From an uncultured Gammaproteobacteria bacterium (lineage in GTDB: Bacteria > Pseudomonadota > Gammaproteobacteria > GCA-001735895): a DNA stretch of 64,000 bases. The DNA lies in NCBI GenBank assembly GCA_947260025.1, contig CAMYON010000001.1, positions 11,410 through 75,409 on the forward strand, read 5' to 3'. Position numbers and translations under genes: made by a program. The notes below the pieces were generated by a model that saw nothing but the letters and a program-made list of their open reading frames with translations, was not told the origin of the DNA and did no database searches. Positions 41,621 to 51,932 of this stretch are shown here, piece after piece (the first letter of the stretch is position 1; every line of letters begins with the position of its first letter).

Positions 41621-42529
41621 ATCGTCCCGGTGGGGCACCCGTGCAGTGGGCACGACCTGGGCTGCGCCTTCGCAATGCTGATGCTGATCATCGAAAAAGA
41701 TATGAGGCGCAAAGGACTCGAGTATCTTGTGCTTGGGTACGCCTCCCAGGAAAAAAGTCTCGTCGATGCGCACGTTCCAGGTGCGCAGCGTGCGAATGAC
41801 TCTTTCGTGCGCCGGGCTGTTGCGGGCCGTTACCAGTGCGGTGCGAATCGGTGGCTGGTTCTGGGCGAATTTACTATCCAGGTCGAACTGCAGGAAGGAC
41901 AGTGTCTTCAGTAGTTTGGCAAAAGGTCCCTCCGGCAACGGCTGCTGCGCATTCGCCTTTTCGTGTGCAATGAACGCTTCGAGTCCCTGTTGCTGGTAAA
42001 TCATTTCCGATTCCTTGGAGAACAGTACCGCGTCACCATCGAAGGCTATCCTGATTTGCTTCAACGGATCTTCGCGGTTGTGACTGGGACCATCGTAGAT
42101 CAATCCGGCGGCGACATTCGATTCGACCGCGGCCTGCACGTCTTCCTCGGTGGCCGAGAGGAACAGGTCTACCTCGAAGGCGTTCAGATACTTGGCCACC
42201 GGCTCGCCGCCGGTGAAGGCCGCGCGCGTGATGTCGAGGCGATAATTGTCGATCGAGTTCGAAATGCGCAAGCTGGTATCGGCTGAATTACGCGAAATAA
42301 TCACGACCTCGGTGCGCCGCACGCCGGCTTCGATGTCGTTAATGCCAAGGATCGCCTCGATCAGTGCAAAACCGGTGCCCGGCTTCAGAACATCGTTTTC
42401 GTGGTCTAGTTGATAACGGCAATAGGCTTCGAGTCCCTCGTTTTCGTAGATCTCGTTCTCCAGGCTGAGATCGAACAGGGCGCGCGATGAGACGCCAATG
42501 ACCAGATAGTTGCTGAGGTCGTATGGCAT
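41603..42529 (-). CDS. Putative 5'-nucleotidase (Pfam 5_nucleotid / cN-IA-like family)
   Basis: 308 aa, soluble. This is family-level recognition of the cytosolic 5'-nucleotidase fold from overall sequence character (e.g. IRIAFDGDAVLF, FFDDQ). The assignment is less certain than for its neighbours. Confidence 0.5.
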   Translation of the reverse strand: MPYDLSNYLVIGVSSRALFDLSLENEIYENEGLEAYCRYQLDHENDVLKPGTGFALIEAILGINDIEAGVRRTEVVIISRNSADTSLRISNSIDNYRLDITRAAFTGGEPVAKYLNAFEVDLFLSATEEDVQAAVESNVAAGLIYDGPSHNREDPLKQIRIAFDGDAVLFSKESEMIYQQQGLEAFIAHEKANAQQPLPEGPFAKLLKTLSFLQFDLDSKFAQNQPPIRTALVTARNSPAHERVIRTLRTWNVRIDETFFLGGVPKHKILESFAPHIFFDDQHQHCEGAAQVVPTARVPHRDDETKTA

Positions 42530-43830
42530 CAGATCGACCTGTTCAGAATTTTCGAGCCGCGCTCGGGACTGTATTTTTCACGTTTCGAGGCGGGCAGCAC
42601 GAAGTCCCTGGACTCGCTGAAGCCGTTTTCGATAAACCAGTGCGAGGTACGCGTAGTCAAGGTATAGAGCTGCGAAATGCCATGCTTCAAAGCCTGCTGT
42701 TCGGCGCTATGCAGCAACTGGCGCCCCAGCCCGGTGCCCTGGTAATCTTCGTGTACCGCGAGACAGGCGATTTCGGCAATTTTTTCTTCCTCGTCCGGTA
42801 TACAGGCGATGCAGGCGATAATCATGCCGTCTTTTTCGATTACCTGAAAATACCTGATTTCGAGCTCCATTTGTTCGCGTGATCTGACCACCAGCACACC
42901 GCTGGCTTCGAGCGGTTCGATCAGGCTGAGGATCCCCCCGACGTCGTCGATGTTGGCGCTGCGGCTGCCTTCGTAGAAAAGATTGGTCACCATTATGCCG
43001 TAACCATCGCGGGTGAACAGCTCGAGCAGCAGACCGCCATCGACTTGCTGGTCGATGATGTGCACCCGCTTAACCTGTGCCTGAATTGCCTGGATCGCCT
43101 GGCGCAGCAGGTTTTTCAGGTCTTCGGGCGTGTTATCGTCTGCCAGCAGTTGCTCGCACTGGCTGGTTGACAACGTACTCGCGGGGTTGTTTGCGTCGGC
43201 ACGTTGTTGCTGCACATATATAAGCTTGTCGGCTTTCAGCGCGCGTGCCACTTCGGCGGCGAGCTCTTCGGTGGGCAGGTTGAAAACTTCTCCGGTGCGC
43301 GAGTACCCGAGGTTCGATAACAGCACCACATGATTCATTGCCAACAGGTCATTGATTGCTTCGTGCCTGATCGCACGCACCTTGCCCGAATGCTGCATAT
43401 CGACGCCGTCGATGACACCCAGCGGCATGCCGATGACAAAGTTGCCACCGGTCAGCGAAATCTCCGATCCGGACATGGGCGTGTTCGGCAAGCCCATCGA
43501 CAGCTGTGATTCGAAGTAGGTTTTTACTTCGTTGATGGCCTGCACCACGAAAGGCAGCGTCTCGGAATCGGTTATCCTGATATTGTTGTGAAACCGGGAT
43601 TTCAGATTGTTGTCTGCCAGGTGCTTGTCGATACTGTTACGGCTGGCGTGCAGTATGACCAGCTTGATACCGAGATGGTTGAGCAGGGCGATGTCGTGCA
43701 CCAGCCCGATGAAACGGTCTGAATAAACCACTGCATCCGACACCATGATGACGAGGGTTTTCTTGCTGTGTGCCTTGATGTAGGGCGCGGCGCCCCGAAA
43801 CCATTGCACGTAATCCTGCGTGTTGCTCAT
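42529..43830 (-). CDS. argA: Amino-acid N-acetyltransferase (N-acetylglutamate synthase)
   Basis: 433 aa. It has an N-terminal amino-acid-kinase fold (KTLVIMVSDAVV) and a C-terminal GNAT domain (QGTGLGRQLL). The length and architecture match ArgA. Confidence 0.85.
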   Translation of the reverse strand: MSNTQDYVQWFRGAAPYIKAHSKKTLVIMVSDAVVYSDRFIGLVHDIALLNHLGIKLVILHASRNSIDKHLADNNLKSRFHNNIRITDSETLPFVVQAINEVKTYFESQLSMGLPNTPMSGSEISLTGGNFVIGMPLGVIDGVDMQHSGKVRAIRHEAINDLLAMNHVVLLSNLGYSRTGEVFNLPTEELAAEVARALKADKLIYVQQQRADANNPASTLSTSQCEQLLADDNTPEDLKNLLRQAIQAIQAQVKRVHIIDQQVDGGLLLELFTRDGYGIMVTNLFYEGSRSANIDDVGGILSLIEPLEASGVLVVRSREQMELEIRYFQVIEKDGMIIACIACIPDEEEKIAEIACLAVHEDYQGTGLGRQLLHSAEQQALKHGISQLYTLTTRTSHWFIENGFSESRDFVLPASKREKYSPERGSKILNRSI

Positions 43831-43945
43831 GTTTGCTGCTATCCGCTAAACTCGAAACAGACTATATTACATTCGATGTGGCTAACATAGACCACAAAGG
43901 GAATTCGAGATCAACAGCGAAAGCCACTCAATCAGTAGTCATCAG

Positions 43946-45106
43946 TTGCAGCAGCAGGAACTCGTTGCATTTCTCTACCATCGCTTCCGCTTCGGCATCT
44001 TCATTACTACCTTCGTATCACTGCTTGCGGCTTCGCTGGCATACGTGGAATTGTCGATTCAGGGTCGCGAATACTGGGTTGTCGGATGGTTCGGACTGCT
44101 CTGCGTGGTCCTGCTGGTACGTTGGCGCGGGCTGCAGCGTTTCCTCAGTATTCGCAACAAGTCGTTTTATCCTTACCGGCTCTGGCATCAGCGATTCTTT
44201 GTCGGCGTTGTGATTACCGGCCTGGTTCTCGGTGGCGGTGCCGCGATTTTGATGCCTTACATAACGGCCAACGTGCAAATTATCCTGCATGCGATGTTGT
44301 TGACGATGTGTGCCGGCGCGATCGCCTACCTGTCGACCTCGTTCGGGGTATATATTTCCTACATGGTGACGATGATGGCACCGGTTACGATCTGGTTGTT
44401 TTTACAGAATAATCCAACCAGTTATGTGCTCAGTTGCCTGTATATATTTTTCATGATTGCCGGCTGGATTAGCGTAAAGCGCATGAACCAGCTGGTGCAT
44501 GACGCGCTCTACTATCGTTACGACAACGAGGCCCTGATCGAGGACCTGCAGCGCCTGCTCGAATCGGTGTCGCAAAGTAACAAGGCGCTGGAAAAAATCT
44601 CGACCACCGACGAACTAACCGGGCTTTTCAACTACCGCGCTTTCCGGGTTCACCTGGAAGACACCTGGCGTCAGTTTCAGGGCAACAACTTACCGATTTC
44701 GTTGATAAAACTGAATATCGATTACTACCACGAATTCAACGCGCACTACGGGCTGGACACCGGCGATCGCTACCTGCGCCAGGTTGCCACCATGCTGGGC
44801 AACCAGATTTCGCATCAAAGCCAGATGGCGGCGCGCCTGCATGGTGCCGAATTTGCGTTGCTGTTGCCCGGGATCAGTTGCGAAAATGCGCGTCAAATCG
44901 CTGCGGGCATCATGCAGGAACTGGCGCAGCAAGAAATCGAACATGCCAAGTCTCGCGTGGGTCCTTACCTGACCATGAGTGTCGGTCTCGGCAGCCAGAA
45001 CGTGAAGCCCGGCTCATCGTCGCGCGAATTGTTGGGCCGGGTCGATACCGCGCTCAAGCTAGCCTCGGAACGCGGTCGCAACCGGCTCGAAGTGCTCGAA
45101 GGTTAA
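43946..45106 (+). CDS. Multi-TM membrane protein with C-terminal degenerate GGDEF domain (HGAEF in place of GGDEF)
   Basis: The N-terminal ~200 aa is hydrophobic with 6-7 TM segments. The GGDEF fold ([13 protein letters not shown]...) has the signature motif reading [13 protein letters not shown], so Gly1 becomes His and the Asp/Glu becomes Ala. Confidence 0.7.
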   Translation: MQQQELVAFLYHRFRFGIFITTFVSLLAASLAYVELSIQGREYWVVGWFGLLCVVLLVRWRGLQRFLSIRNKSFYPYRLWHQRFFVGVVITGLVLGGGAAILMPYITANVQIILHAMLLTMCAGAIAYLSTSFGVYISYMVTMMAPVTIWLFLQNNPTSYVLSCLYIFFMIAGWISVKRMNQLVHDALYYRYDNEALIEDLQRLLESVSQSNKALEKISTTDELTGLFNYRAFRVHLEDTWRQFQGNNLPISLIKLNIDYYHEFNAHYGLDTGDRYLRQVATMLGNQISHQSQMAARLHGAEFALLLPGISCENARQIAAGIMQELAQQEIEHAKSRVGPYLTMSVGLGSQNVKPGSSSRELLGRVDTALKLASERGRNRLEVLEG

Positions 45107-46014
45107 ACCGAGGGTCGCAGCAGGGTTTCGAGCAGTGCCTTCTGAGCGTGCAGCCGGTTTTCGGCCTCTTCCCAGATCACCGACTGCGCGCTTTCCAGCA
45201 CTTCGCTGGTCACTTCTTCGCCGCGATGTGCCGGCAGGCAGTGCATGAAAAGTGCGTCCTTATGGGCCTGTGCCATGACTTGCCGGTTAACCTGGTAACT
45301 CGCAAAAGTCTCTATCCTTTGCTGCTGTTCTTCTTCCTGTCCCATGCTCGCCCAGACGTCGGTAACCACCAGGTCCGCACTCATGGCGGCCTCGGTCGCG
45401 CTGTGGTGCAGGCTGATGCGGTCTCCCCCGGATTCGAGCAGGGCGGAATCGGGTTCGTGTCCGATGGGGCAGGCGATACGCAGGCTGAAATCAAAGCGGA
45501 GCGCCGCGTTGATGTAGGAATGACACATATTGTTGCCGTCGCCGATCCAGGCGACGGTGGCGCCGGCGATGTCGCCTCGCTGTTCGAACCAGGTCTGCAT
45601 GTCGGCAAGCAACTGGCAGGGATGCAGCAGGTCGCTGAGGCCATTGATGACCGGAACGCGCGAGTTTTGCGCCAGGGTTTCGATTCGATCGTGACCGAAG
45701 GTACGAATCAGGATGCCGTCCACCATGCTCGAGATGACCCGGGCACTATCCTCGATGGGTTCGCCCCGTCCCAGGTGGCTGTCGCGCGGCGATAAGAACA
45801 TCGCCTGGCCGCCGAGCTGGTACATGCCCGCTTCGAAAGAGACGCGCGTTCGGGTCGATGACTTTTCGAAGATCATCGCCAGCAGTTTGCCCGCCAGCGG
45901 CGTATGCGAAACTCCCTGTTTCAGCTTTTGTTTGACGTCGATGGCATGAGCAATCAATGCCCGCAGTTCGTCGCTGGTGAAATCCAGCAGGCTCAAAAAA
46001 TGACGAGTCGACAT
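45103..46014 (-). CDS. argF: Ornithine carbamoyltransferase (anabolic)
   Basis: [17 protein letters not shown]...STRTRVSFE...HCLP aligns from its first residue with P. aeruginosa ArgF (MSVRHFLSFMDYSPEEL). The start was set at this ATG rather than the 46047 track start. Confidence 0.85.
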   Translation of the reverse strand: MSTRHFLSLLDFTSDELRALIAHAIDVKQKLKQGVSHTPLAGKLLAMIFEKSSTRTRVSFEAGMYQLGGQAMFLSPRDSHLGRGEPIEDSARVISSMVDGILIRTFGHDRIETLAQNSRVPVINGLSDLLHPCQLLADMQTWFEQRGDIAGATVAWIGDGNNMCHSYINAALRFDFSLRIACPIGHEPDSALLESGGDRISLHHSATEAAMSADLVVTDVWASMGQEEEQQQRIETFASYQVNRQVMAQAHKDALFMHCLPAHRGEEVTSEVLESAQSVIWEEAENRLHAQKALLETLLRPSV

Positions 46015-46018
46015 AATA

Positions 46019-47191
46019 TTACCCGGTGAGCGTGTTGATACAGTCAATCAGCCTGGTGGCCAGTTCGGTGGTCTGCGCTTGATTCATGATCAGCGGTGGA
46101 AGCAGGCGCACGACGTTTGCGGCGGTCACGTTGATCAGCAATCCCTGTGCCAGCGCGTGGCTTACCAGTTGCGGGCATGGATTTTTCATCTCCACCGCCA
46201 CCAGCAGCCCGAGATGGCGCACTTCCGCTACCTGACTATTGTCCGCGAGGCCTTGCCGCAGCTCGCCAAACAGTTGCTGGCCGCGCTGTTCCGCATTGTC
46301 CGCAATCCGGTTTTTTATCATGTAGTCGAGCACCGTGAACGCGGCGCGGCTGGCGAGTGGATTGCCACCAAAGGTAGAGCCGTGATTGCCGGGTTGGATG
46401 ACCTCGGCGGCTTTGCCCGCGCAAAGACAGGCGCCTATAGGCACCCCGTTTCCGAGCGCCTTTGCCAGGGTCATGACGTCGGGTATGACGGCTTCGTGCT
46501 GGCAGGCAAACAGCTTGCCGCTGCGGCCCATGCCGGTCTGAACTTCGTCCAGCATCAGCAGCCAGTTGTTTTGATCGCAAATCTGTCGCAGCGCTTGCAG
46601 GTAACCCTCGTCAGGAATCACGATTCCGGCCTCTCCCTGCACCGGCTCAACCAGGATTGCTACGACATTACGATTATTTTCGGCAACCGCCCTGATCGCA
46701 TCGATATCGTTGTAGGGGGCACGGACGAAGCCCGATACCAACGGCTCGAAACCGGCCTGCACCTTGCGGCTGCCGGTGGCGCTCAGGGTCGCCATGGTGC
46801 GACCGTGGAAACCGTTCTGCATCACCACGATTTGTGGATTTTCGATCTCCTGCTGATGGCCATAAAGACGCGCCAGCTTGATCGCGGCCTCGTTGGCCTC
46901 GGCGCCCGAGTTACCGAAGAAAACCCGGTCCATCTGCGCGCTTTCGCAAAGCAGGTCCGCCAGTTTTTGCTGCCATGTGATGGAGTACAGATTCGACGTA
47001 TGCAGCAGGGTGGCCGCCTGTTCCTGGATCGCGTCGGTTAGCGCCGGCAGGTTATGCCCGAGGCTCGTCACTGAAATGCCGCAGAGTGCATCCAGGTACT
47101 GTTTGCCGTCGCTATCCCACAGGTAGCAACCATCGCCGTGAGTGAAACTCACCGGCATCGATTGATAGGCATGGACGAGATGATCTGACAT
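46019..47191 (-). CDS. argD: Acetylornithine aminotransferase (class III PLP aminotransferase)
   Basis: 390 aa with PLP-binding Lys context and an AT-III fold. It is translationally coupled to argF downstream. Confidence 0.8.
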   Translation of the reverse strand: MSDHLVHAYQSMPVSFTHGDGCYLWDSDGKQYLDALCGISVTSLGHNLPALTDAIQEQAATLLHTSNLYSITWQQKLADLLCESAQMDRVFFGNSGAEANEAAIKLARLYGHQQEIENPQIVVMQNGFHGRTMATLSATGSRKVQAGFEPLVSGFVRAPYNDIDAIRAVAENNRNVVAILVEPVQGEAGIVIPDEGYLQALRQICDQNNWLLMLDEVQTGMGRSGKLFACQHEAVIPDVMTLAKALGNGVPIGACLCAGKAAEVIQPGNHGSTFGGNPLASRAAFTVLDYMIKNRIADNAEQRGQQLFGELRQGLADNSQVAEVRHLGLLVAVEMKNPCPQLVSHALAQGLLINVTAANVVRLLPPLIMNQAQTTELATRLIDCINTLTG

Positions 47192-47308
47192 CGGCTTTGT
47201 GCGTGAAAAAAGCGGTCAAACATACATTGATTTACAGCGATTTCAAGCTTTTTAGAGCAAAAAAAAGCCCCGCCATGGCGGGGCTTTGCCAATCTTCGCG
47301 GTAGTCGG

Positions 47309-47905
47309 CTAGAAAGGGTAACCGCCGTGCGCATAGGCTGTCATCGACAACAGCATTGGAATCGATAGCGCGGTGTTGGTGCGTGAGGCCATCAACGCGA
47401 CAGTCTTGGCCTTGGCGATCACCTCAGGCTCGTGGGATTTTCCGTCAAGACCAAGGATTTTTTTCTGGTTAGGCCAGATCAATACCCAGACATTGAACAG
47501 CATGATGGTACCCATCCATGCGCCTACGCCAATGACCGCAGCGCCCTCCTGGAAGGTAAAGGCGGCACCCAGAATGCCGTAACTGGCGAGTAACGAGGCT
47601 CCCGATAGCCAGGTTACAACTGCTGCCCAGCGAAACCACAGCAGCGCGTTAGGCGCTACATACTTATTGATTGCCGCCGGTCCGGGGCCTCCGCTATCGG
47701 CCTCGGACAGCGCCTTGGCTACACCCGGAACCTGCACGAAGTTGAAGTAGTAGAGCAAACCAATCCAGGCGACGCCAGACAGGGCGTGTAACCAGACGGT
47801 CCACTGCACAGAACTGCTAATGCCATCGGCAAATATAATCATCACGATCGCGGCGATGACCACGCCGGTTACGATGGTGCCAGTGATTGATTTTAACGGA
47901 TTCAT
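47309..47905 (-). CDS. Hypothetical inner-membrane protein (4-5 TM)
   Basis: 198 aa, strongly hydrophobic. I recognise no family. Codon usage is consistent with the genome. Confidence 0.45.
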   Translation of the reverse strand: MNPLKSITGTIVTGVVIAAIVMIIFADGISSSVQWTVWLHALSGVAWIGLLYYFNFVQVPGVAKALSEADSGGPGPAAINKYVAPNALLWFRWAAVVTWLSGASLLASYGILGAAFTFQEGAAVIGVGAWMGTIMLFNVWVLIWPNQKKILGLDGKSHEPEVIAKAKTVALMASRTNTALSIPMLLSMTAYAHGGYPF

Positions 47906-48048
47906 GGATGACTCCCGATTATAAATGTTTAGAATACGGTTGTTGGTATGTGTGGTTGCCCACGCCCGCTACACGCGGCGCAGTATAAGGACTTTCGGAA
48001 TAGGGTGCAATGAATCTCTAGGTCGGCTGGCCTGGGCTTAAATAGTAT

Positions 48049-49842
48049 TTGCGAGGTTATATGTGCGGCTTGTTTGGTGCCCTGAGTTTCGATGGAAATG
48101 CGATCAATTCCGAGCATGCAGATTGCATGTCGAAGCGGGTTGCGCGGCGCGGCCCGGATGACAGGGGGGAGTTTTTCGATGGCCCGGTAATGCTCGGGCA
48201 TAGACGGCTGTCGATCATCGACCTGTCACCTGCCGGCCATCAGCCGATGCAGGACAGCAGCGGTCGTTACGCGATCGTTTTTAATGGCACCATTTATAAT
48301 TACCCCGAGTTACGCGAGATCCTGATCGGCAAGGGCTACCGTTTCAATTCCCATAGCGATACCGAGGTGATCATCAACGCCTACGCCTGCTGGGGCGAAG
48401 ACTGTGTCGAACGCCTGCACGGCATGTTTGCCTTTGCCATCTGGGATTCGCGCCAGCAAAATCTGTTCCTGGCGCGTGACCGCATGGGTATCAAGCCGCT
48501 TTATTACGCGGTTTCGGCGGCCGGGTTTTACTTCGCTTCGAATCCCCAGGCATTACTGGCGACCGGTTTGTTCGCCACCGATATCGATCCGGTCGGACTG
48601 CATCACCAGTTAAGCCTGCATGCGGTTATTCCCGCGCCACGCACGCTGATCAAGTCGATCAGGAAATGTCGTCCCGCGTATTCGATGCGAATCACTCCGG
48701 ACGGCAGGATCTCGGAACAGCGCTACTGGTCGCTGCGGGCATCGCGTCCCGCCGAACCCATGACCGCCGAGGAATGGAACGACGCGATTCACGATTCGTT
48801 GATGCAGGCGGTCAAGAAACGACTCACCATTGCCGATGTGCCGGTGGGCGTGCTGCTCTCCGGCGGGCTGGACTCGAGTTTGCTGGTGGCGTTGCTGGCC
48901 GAAGCCGGGCAGCACGATATCCGTACCTTTAGTATCGGTTTCGAAGACCAGCCGGAGGAGCGCGGCAACGAGTTTGAGTTTTCCGATCCGGTGGCGCAGC
49001 GTTATGCCACCGACCATCAAAAATTCCTGATACCCAACGACGAGGTGCTGACCCGCTTGCCGGAAGCGGTGGCCGCGATGGCGGAGCCGATGGTTGGCCA
49101 GGATGCGGTTGCCTTTTACCTGCTGTCCGAGCAGGTTTCGAAATCGGTCAAGGTGGTGCAAAGCGGGCAGGGAGCGGACGAGGTATTCGCCGGTTATTTC
49201 TGGTATGCGCAAATGTGGGCCGCGCAGGACGAGCCTGCGTTGCCGCGTTTTGCAAATCGCTATGTCGATCGTGGCCATGACGAATTTTGCGATAGCGTGG
49301 CTGCCGCCTACCGCGGCGAAGACCACACCGCGCAGTTGATCGAGGACAACCTGAATACCGACCAGGCCGATAGTTTCCTCGATGCCGTGCTGCGCTTCGA
49401 TGTAACCACGCTGATCGTCGACGACCCGGTCAAGCGTGTCGACAATATGACCATGGCCTGGGGCCTGGAGGCGCGGGTGCCTTTCCTGGATCACCAACTG
49501 GTCGAACTGGCGGCTTCGTGTCCGCCAGAGTTGAAACTGAAACACGAGGGCAAGGGTCTGCTAAAGGAGATTGCCCGCGGTCGAATTCCTGATGCCGTGA
49601 TCGATCGACCCAAGGGATATTTCCCGATGCCGGCTTTAAAATACGTGCGCGGCGATTTTTACCAGTTCATGTCGGATACGCTCAACAGTCGGCGCAGCCT
49701 GGAACGAGGCCTGTTTAACCGGGCATACATCGATCGTCTGCTGGCCGAGCCCGAGCAGCATTTCACCCGACTCAACGGCAGCAAGCTGTGGCACAGTGCG
49801 CTGCTGGAATACTGGCTGCAGCAGCATATCGATGCCCCGTGA
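48049..49842 (+). CDS. Asparagine synthetase B-family glutamine amidotransferase
   Basis: It has the N-terminal nucleophile MCGLFG (Ntn GATase class II) and the PP-loop SGGLDSS in the synthetase domain. Confidence 0.8.
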   Translation: MRGYMCGLFGALSFDGNAINSEHADCMSKRVARRGPDDRGEFFDGPVMLGHRRLSIIDLSPAGHQPMQDSSGRYAIVFNGTIYNYPELREILIGKGYRFNSHSDTEVIINAYACWGEDCVERLHGMFAFAIWDSRQQNLFLARDRMGIKPLYYAVSAAGFYFASNPQALLATGLFATDIDPVGLHHQLSLHAVIPAPRTLIKSIRKCRPAYSMRITPDGRISEQRYWSLRASRPAEPMTAEEWNDAIHDSLMQAVKKRLTIADVPVGVLLSGGLDSSLLVALLAEAGQHDIRTFSIGFEDQPEERGNEFEFSDPVAQRYATDHQKFLIPNDEVLTRLPEAVAAMAEPMVGQDAVAFYLLSEQVSKSVKVVQSGQGADEVFAGYFWYAQMWAAQDEPALPRFANRYVDRGHDEFCDSVAAAYRGEDHTAQLIEDNLNTDQADSFLDAVLRFDVTTLIVDDPVKRVDNMTMAWGLEARVPFLDHQLVELAASCPPELKLKHEGKGLLKEIARGRIPDAVIDRPKGYFPMPALKYVRGDFYQFMSDTLNSRRSLERGLFNRAYIDRLLAEPEQHFTRLNGSKLWHSALLEYWLQQHIDAP

Positions 49843-49931
49843 AAAAATTTGCCGATCCGATTTTCATGCTTGAAAAAAACGGTTATGATAATACCTTAGC
49901 ATTTTACTTGGTTATTCTTTAGAGGTATTGA

Positions 49932-50258
49932 ATGGACGTCCTGGAACGCATCAAGCAGCAAGTCGAAACTTACCCGGTCCTTATTTATATGAAAGGCACG
50001 CCGCAACTACCGCAGTGTGGATTTTCCAGTCGCACCGCCGAAGCGCTGAAATCGCTGGGCATCGAGTTTGCCTACGTCAATGTATTATCCGATCCGGAAA
50101 TTTTTCAAAATTTGCCGCGCTTTGCCGACTGGCCCACTTTTCCACAGGTTTATGTCGACGGCGAGTTGATCGGCGGTTGCGATATCACGCTGGAAATGCA
50201 CCAATCGGGCGAACTCGAAAAGCTCGCCACGGCGGCGCTCGAAAAGCAGGCTAGCTGA
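49932..50258 (+). CDS. grxD: Monothiol glutaredoxin Grx4 family
   Basis: 108 aa with the CGFS active site (PQCGFSS). Confidence 0.9.
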   Translation: MDVLERIKQQVETYPVLIYMKGTPQLPQCGFSSRTAEALKSLGIEFAYVNVLSDPEIFQNLPRFADWPTFPQVYVDGELIGGCDITLEMHQSGELEKLATAALEKQAS

Positions 50259-50280
50259 CGCCGCCCTAAGGCGGCGTCAT
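50255..50280 (+). terminator. Hairpin overlapping grxD stop (candidate bidirectional terminator between convergent genes), followed by a second hairpin at ~50281-50309
   Basis: GACGCCGCC-CTA-AGGCGGCGTC is a perfect 9-bp stem. The second hairpin is ATCCCGG-N13-CCGGGAT. Neither has a U-tract. Confidence 0.3.
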
Positions 50281-50369
50281 CCCGGAAACGCGTCAGCGTT
50301 ATCCGGGATCTTGCAATTTACCCATGGTTTAAAAAATCTCCCGTATTGCGGGAGACTTGCTGCTGCCGA

Positions 50370-51299
50370 TTACTGTATCGGCGCAGAAGCCTGGTGGACG
50401 TTGCTGATAATATCGGCCACGGAAGGCGCGGGATCGAAGGCGTGGCCGTGCCAGACTCCAATTGCGATACTCAGCTGCTTGCCCTGGTCGGTGGTCTGCA
50501 TCGTGTGGCGTTTGATGCTTTGAATCAGGCGATTGAACAGGTCTGGATTGAAAACCTGGGGATCGTGATAATGCACCGATACGGCGAAGGTATTGAGGTT
50601 GAAGCGCGCGACCATGTCCATCGGCCGCAGCGATAGCTGGATCGAATTGGCGATGGTCTTCAAGGTACCCAGGCGCAACTCGTTGTTCGATGAATTAACC
50701 TCGATCATACCAACCCCGATGCCGCCCCCGCGCGCCTTGCAGTGCTCGATCAGAGACTCGATATGCAACTCGAGCTGGGCCCGGTTCGGCAGGTTGGTTT
50801 CCGGGTCCTGCAGATTGGATTGCTTGACGCGCAGAAACTGGCTGCTGACCCTGCGCATGCGTTCGCGCAGGGCGTTTTGCTGGTAGGCATTGCGGCCGGC
50901 GCCAAACACCCTGGCCGCGAGCTCGAACTGGTTGGCGGATTTCGATATGAAATCGTCGACGCCGCGGTCAAATGCAACCACGATACTCGAGGCCGTATCT
51001 TCCGCGGTCAACAGTACGATACCGGTGTAACGGTCATTGTTTTCATCCCAACGGCGAATCAGATCGGTCATCTCGAGGCCATTCATCCCGGGCATCCAGA
51101 AATCGGCAAGCACGACATGCGCACGGCGCTGATTGAGCAGATAGAGTGCCTCGTCGGCTGACGCCGCGGTGCGAATATCCGAGAAGCCTGATTTGCCGAG
51201 GCCGGATTTGACGACTTCTCGACTGAATTGAAGGTCATCGACGACGATTATGGAGAGGTCTTCTTTGCGCAAGGTGAGGGGAATTGAGTTGATTGACAC
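50370..51299 (-). CDS. Response regulator: REC domain fused to a degenerate GGDEF domain (signature motif absent)
   Basis: It has an N-terminal REC (IIVVDDLQF...VLADFWMPGMNG...K). The C-terminal GGDEF fold is recognisable (NLPNRAQL...), but the position of RxGGEEF reads ARFNLNTFAV. Confidence 0.7.
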   Translation of the reverse strand: MSINSIPLTLRKEDLSIIVVDDLQFSREVVKSGLGKSGFSDIRTAASADEALYLLNQRRAHVVLADFWMPGMNGLEMTDLIRRWDENNDRYTGIVLLTAEDTASSIVVAFDRGVDDFISKSANQFELAARVFGAGRNAYQQNALRERMRRVSSQFLRVKQSNLQDPETNLPNRAQLELHIESLIEHCKARGGGIGVGMIEVNSSNNELRLGTLKTIANSIQLSLRPMDMVARFNLNTFAVSVHYHDPQVFNPDLFNRLIQSIKRHTMQTTDQGKQLSIAIGVWHGHAFDPAPSVADIISNVHQASAPIQ

Positions 51300-51320
51300 G
51301 AGTATAAGTTAATTTTCGGA

Positions 51321-51932
51321 TCAAGGTTGTAGAAAACCGAAATCATTAACAATTTTGCAAAACAGCGACGCGGTCATCTCGGCGTCGTAGATCGCCGAGT
51401 GCGCCTCGTTCGGGTCCCATTCCATGCCTGCCGATTTGATCGAGCGGGCGAGTACCGTCTGGCCGTAGGCCAGGCCGGCCAGGGTTACCGTGTCAAAGGT
51501 GCTGAAGGGATGAAACGGATTACGCTTGATGCCGCTGCGCACCGCGGCCGCATTTATGAACTTGAGGTCGAAATGCGCGTTGTGCCCAACCAGTATCGCC
51601 TTGTTGCAGCCGTGACTCCTGATCGCGCCGCGTACCGGTTTGAAAATTTTCGGCAGCGCCTGTTTTTCATCCAGCGCCAGGCGGAACGGATGGTCGACAT
51701 CGATACCGTTTACCTCCATCGACTTGGGATCGAGGTTGGCTCCTTCGAAAGGATTCACGTGACAGGAAATGGTATCGACACAATAGAGTCGACCTTTTTC
51801 GTCAATATCGAGTAGCACCGCCGCGATTTGCAACAGGGCATCGGTAACCTCGTTGAAGCCCCCGGTTTCGACGTCGACCACCACCGGTAGATAGCCGCGA
51901 AAGCGCTGCGCCATCAGCGAGGATTCAGTCAT
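51321..51932 (-). CDS. rnt: Ribonuclease T
   Basis: [17 protein letters not shown] matches E. coli RNase T FRGFYPVVIDVETAGFN. It is a DEDDh exonuclease. Confidence 0.9.
   Translation of the reverse strand: MTESSLMAQRFRGYLPVVVDVETGGFNEVTDALLQIAAVLLDIDEKGRLYCVDTISCHVNPFEGANLDPKSMEVNGIDVDHPFRLALDEKQALPKIFKPVRGAIRSHGCNKAILVGHNAHFDLKFINAAAVRSGIKRNPFHPFSTFDTVTLAGLAYGQTVLARSIKSAGMEWDPNEAHSAIYDAEMTASLFCKIVNDFGFLQP

Noticed and set aside
46079-47041. 320-aa ORF antisense to argD; likewise 48610..49545 (antisense asnB), 53179..53994 (antisense aceE), 38197..38982 (antisense pilR), 58482..59261 (antisense lpd), 8236..8838 (antisense STK), 57210..57893 and 55783..56487
   Set aside because: All lie opposite genes with strong homology-based support. 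Their compositions are dominated by R/A/G/H runs, and none has an RBS or motifs. High GC suppresses stop codons on the antisense strand.
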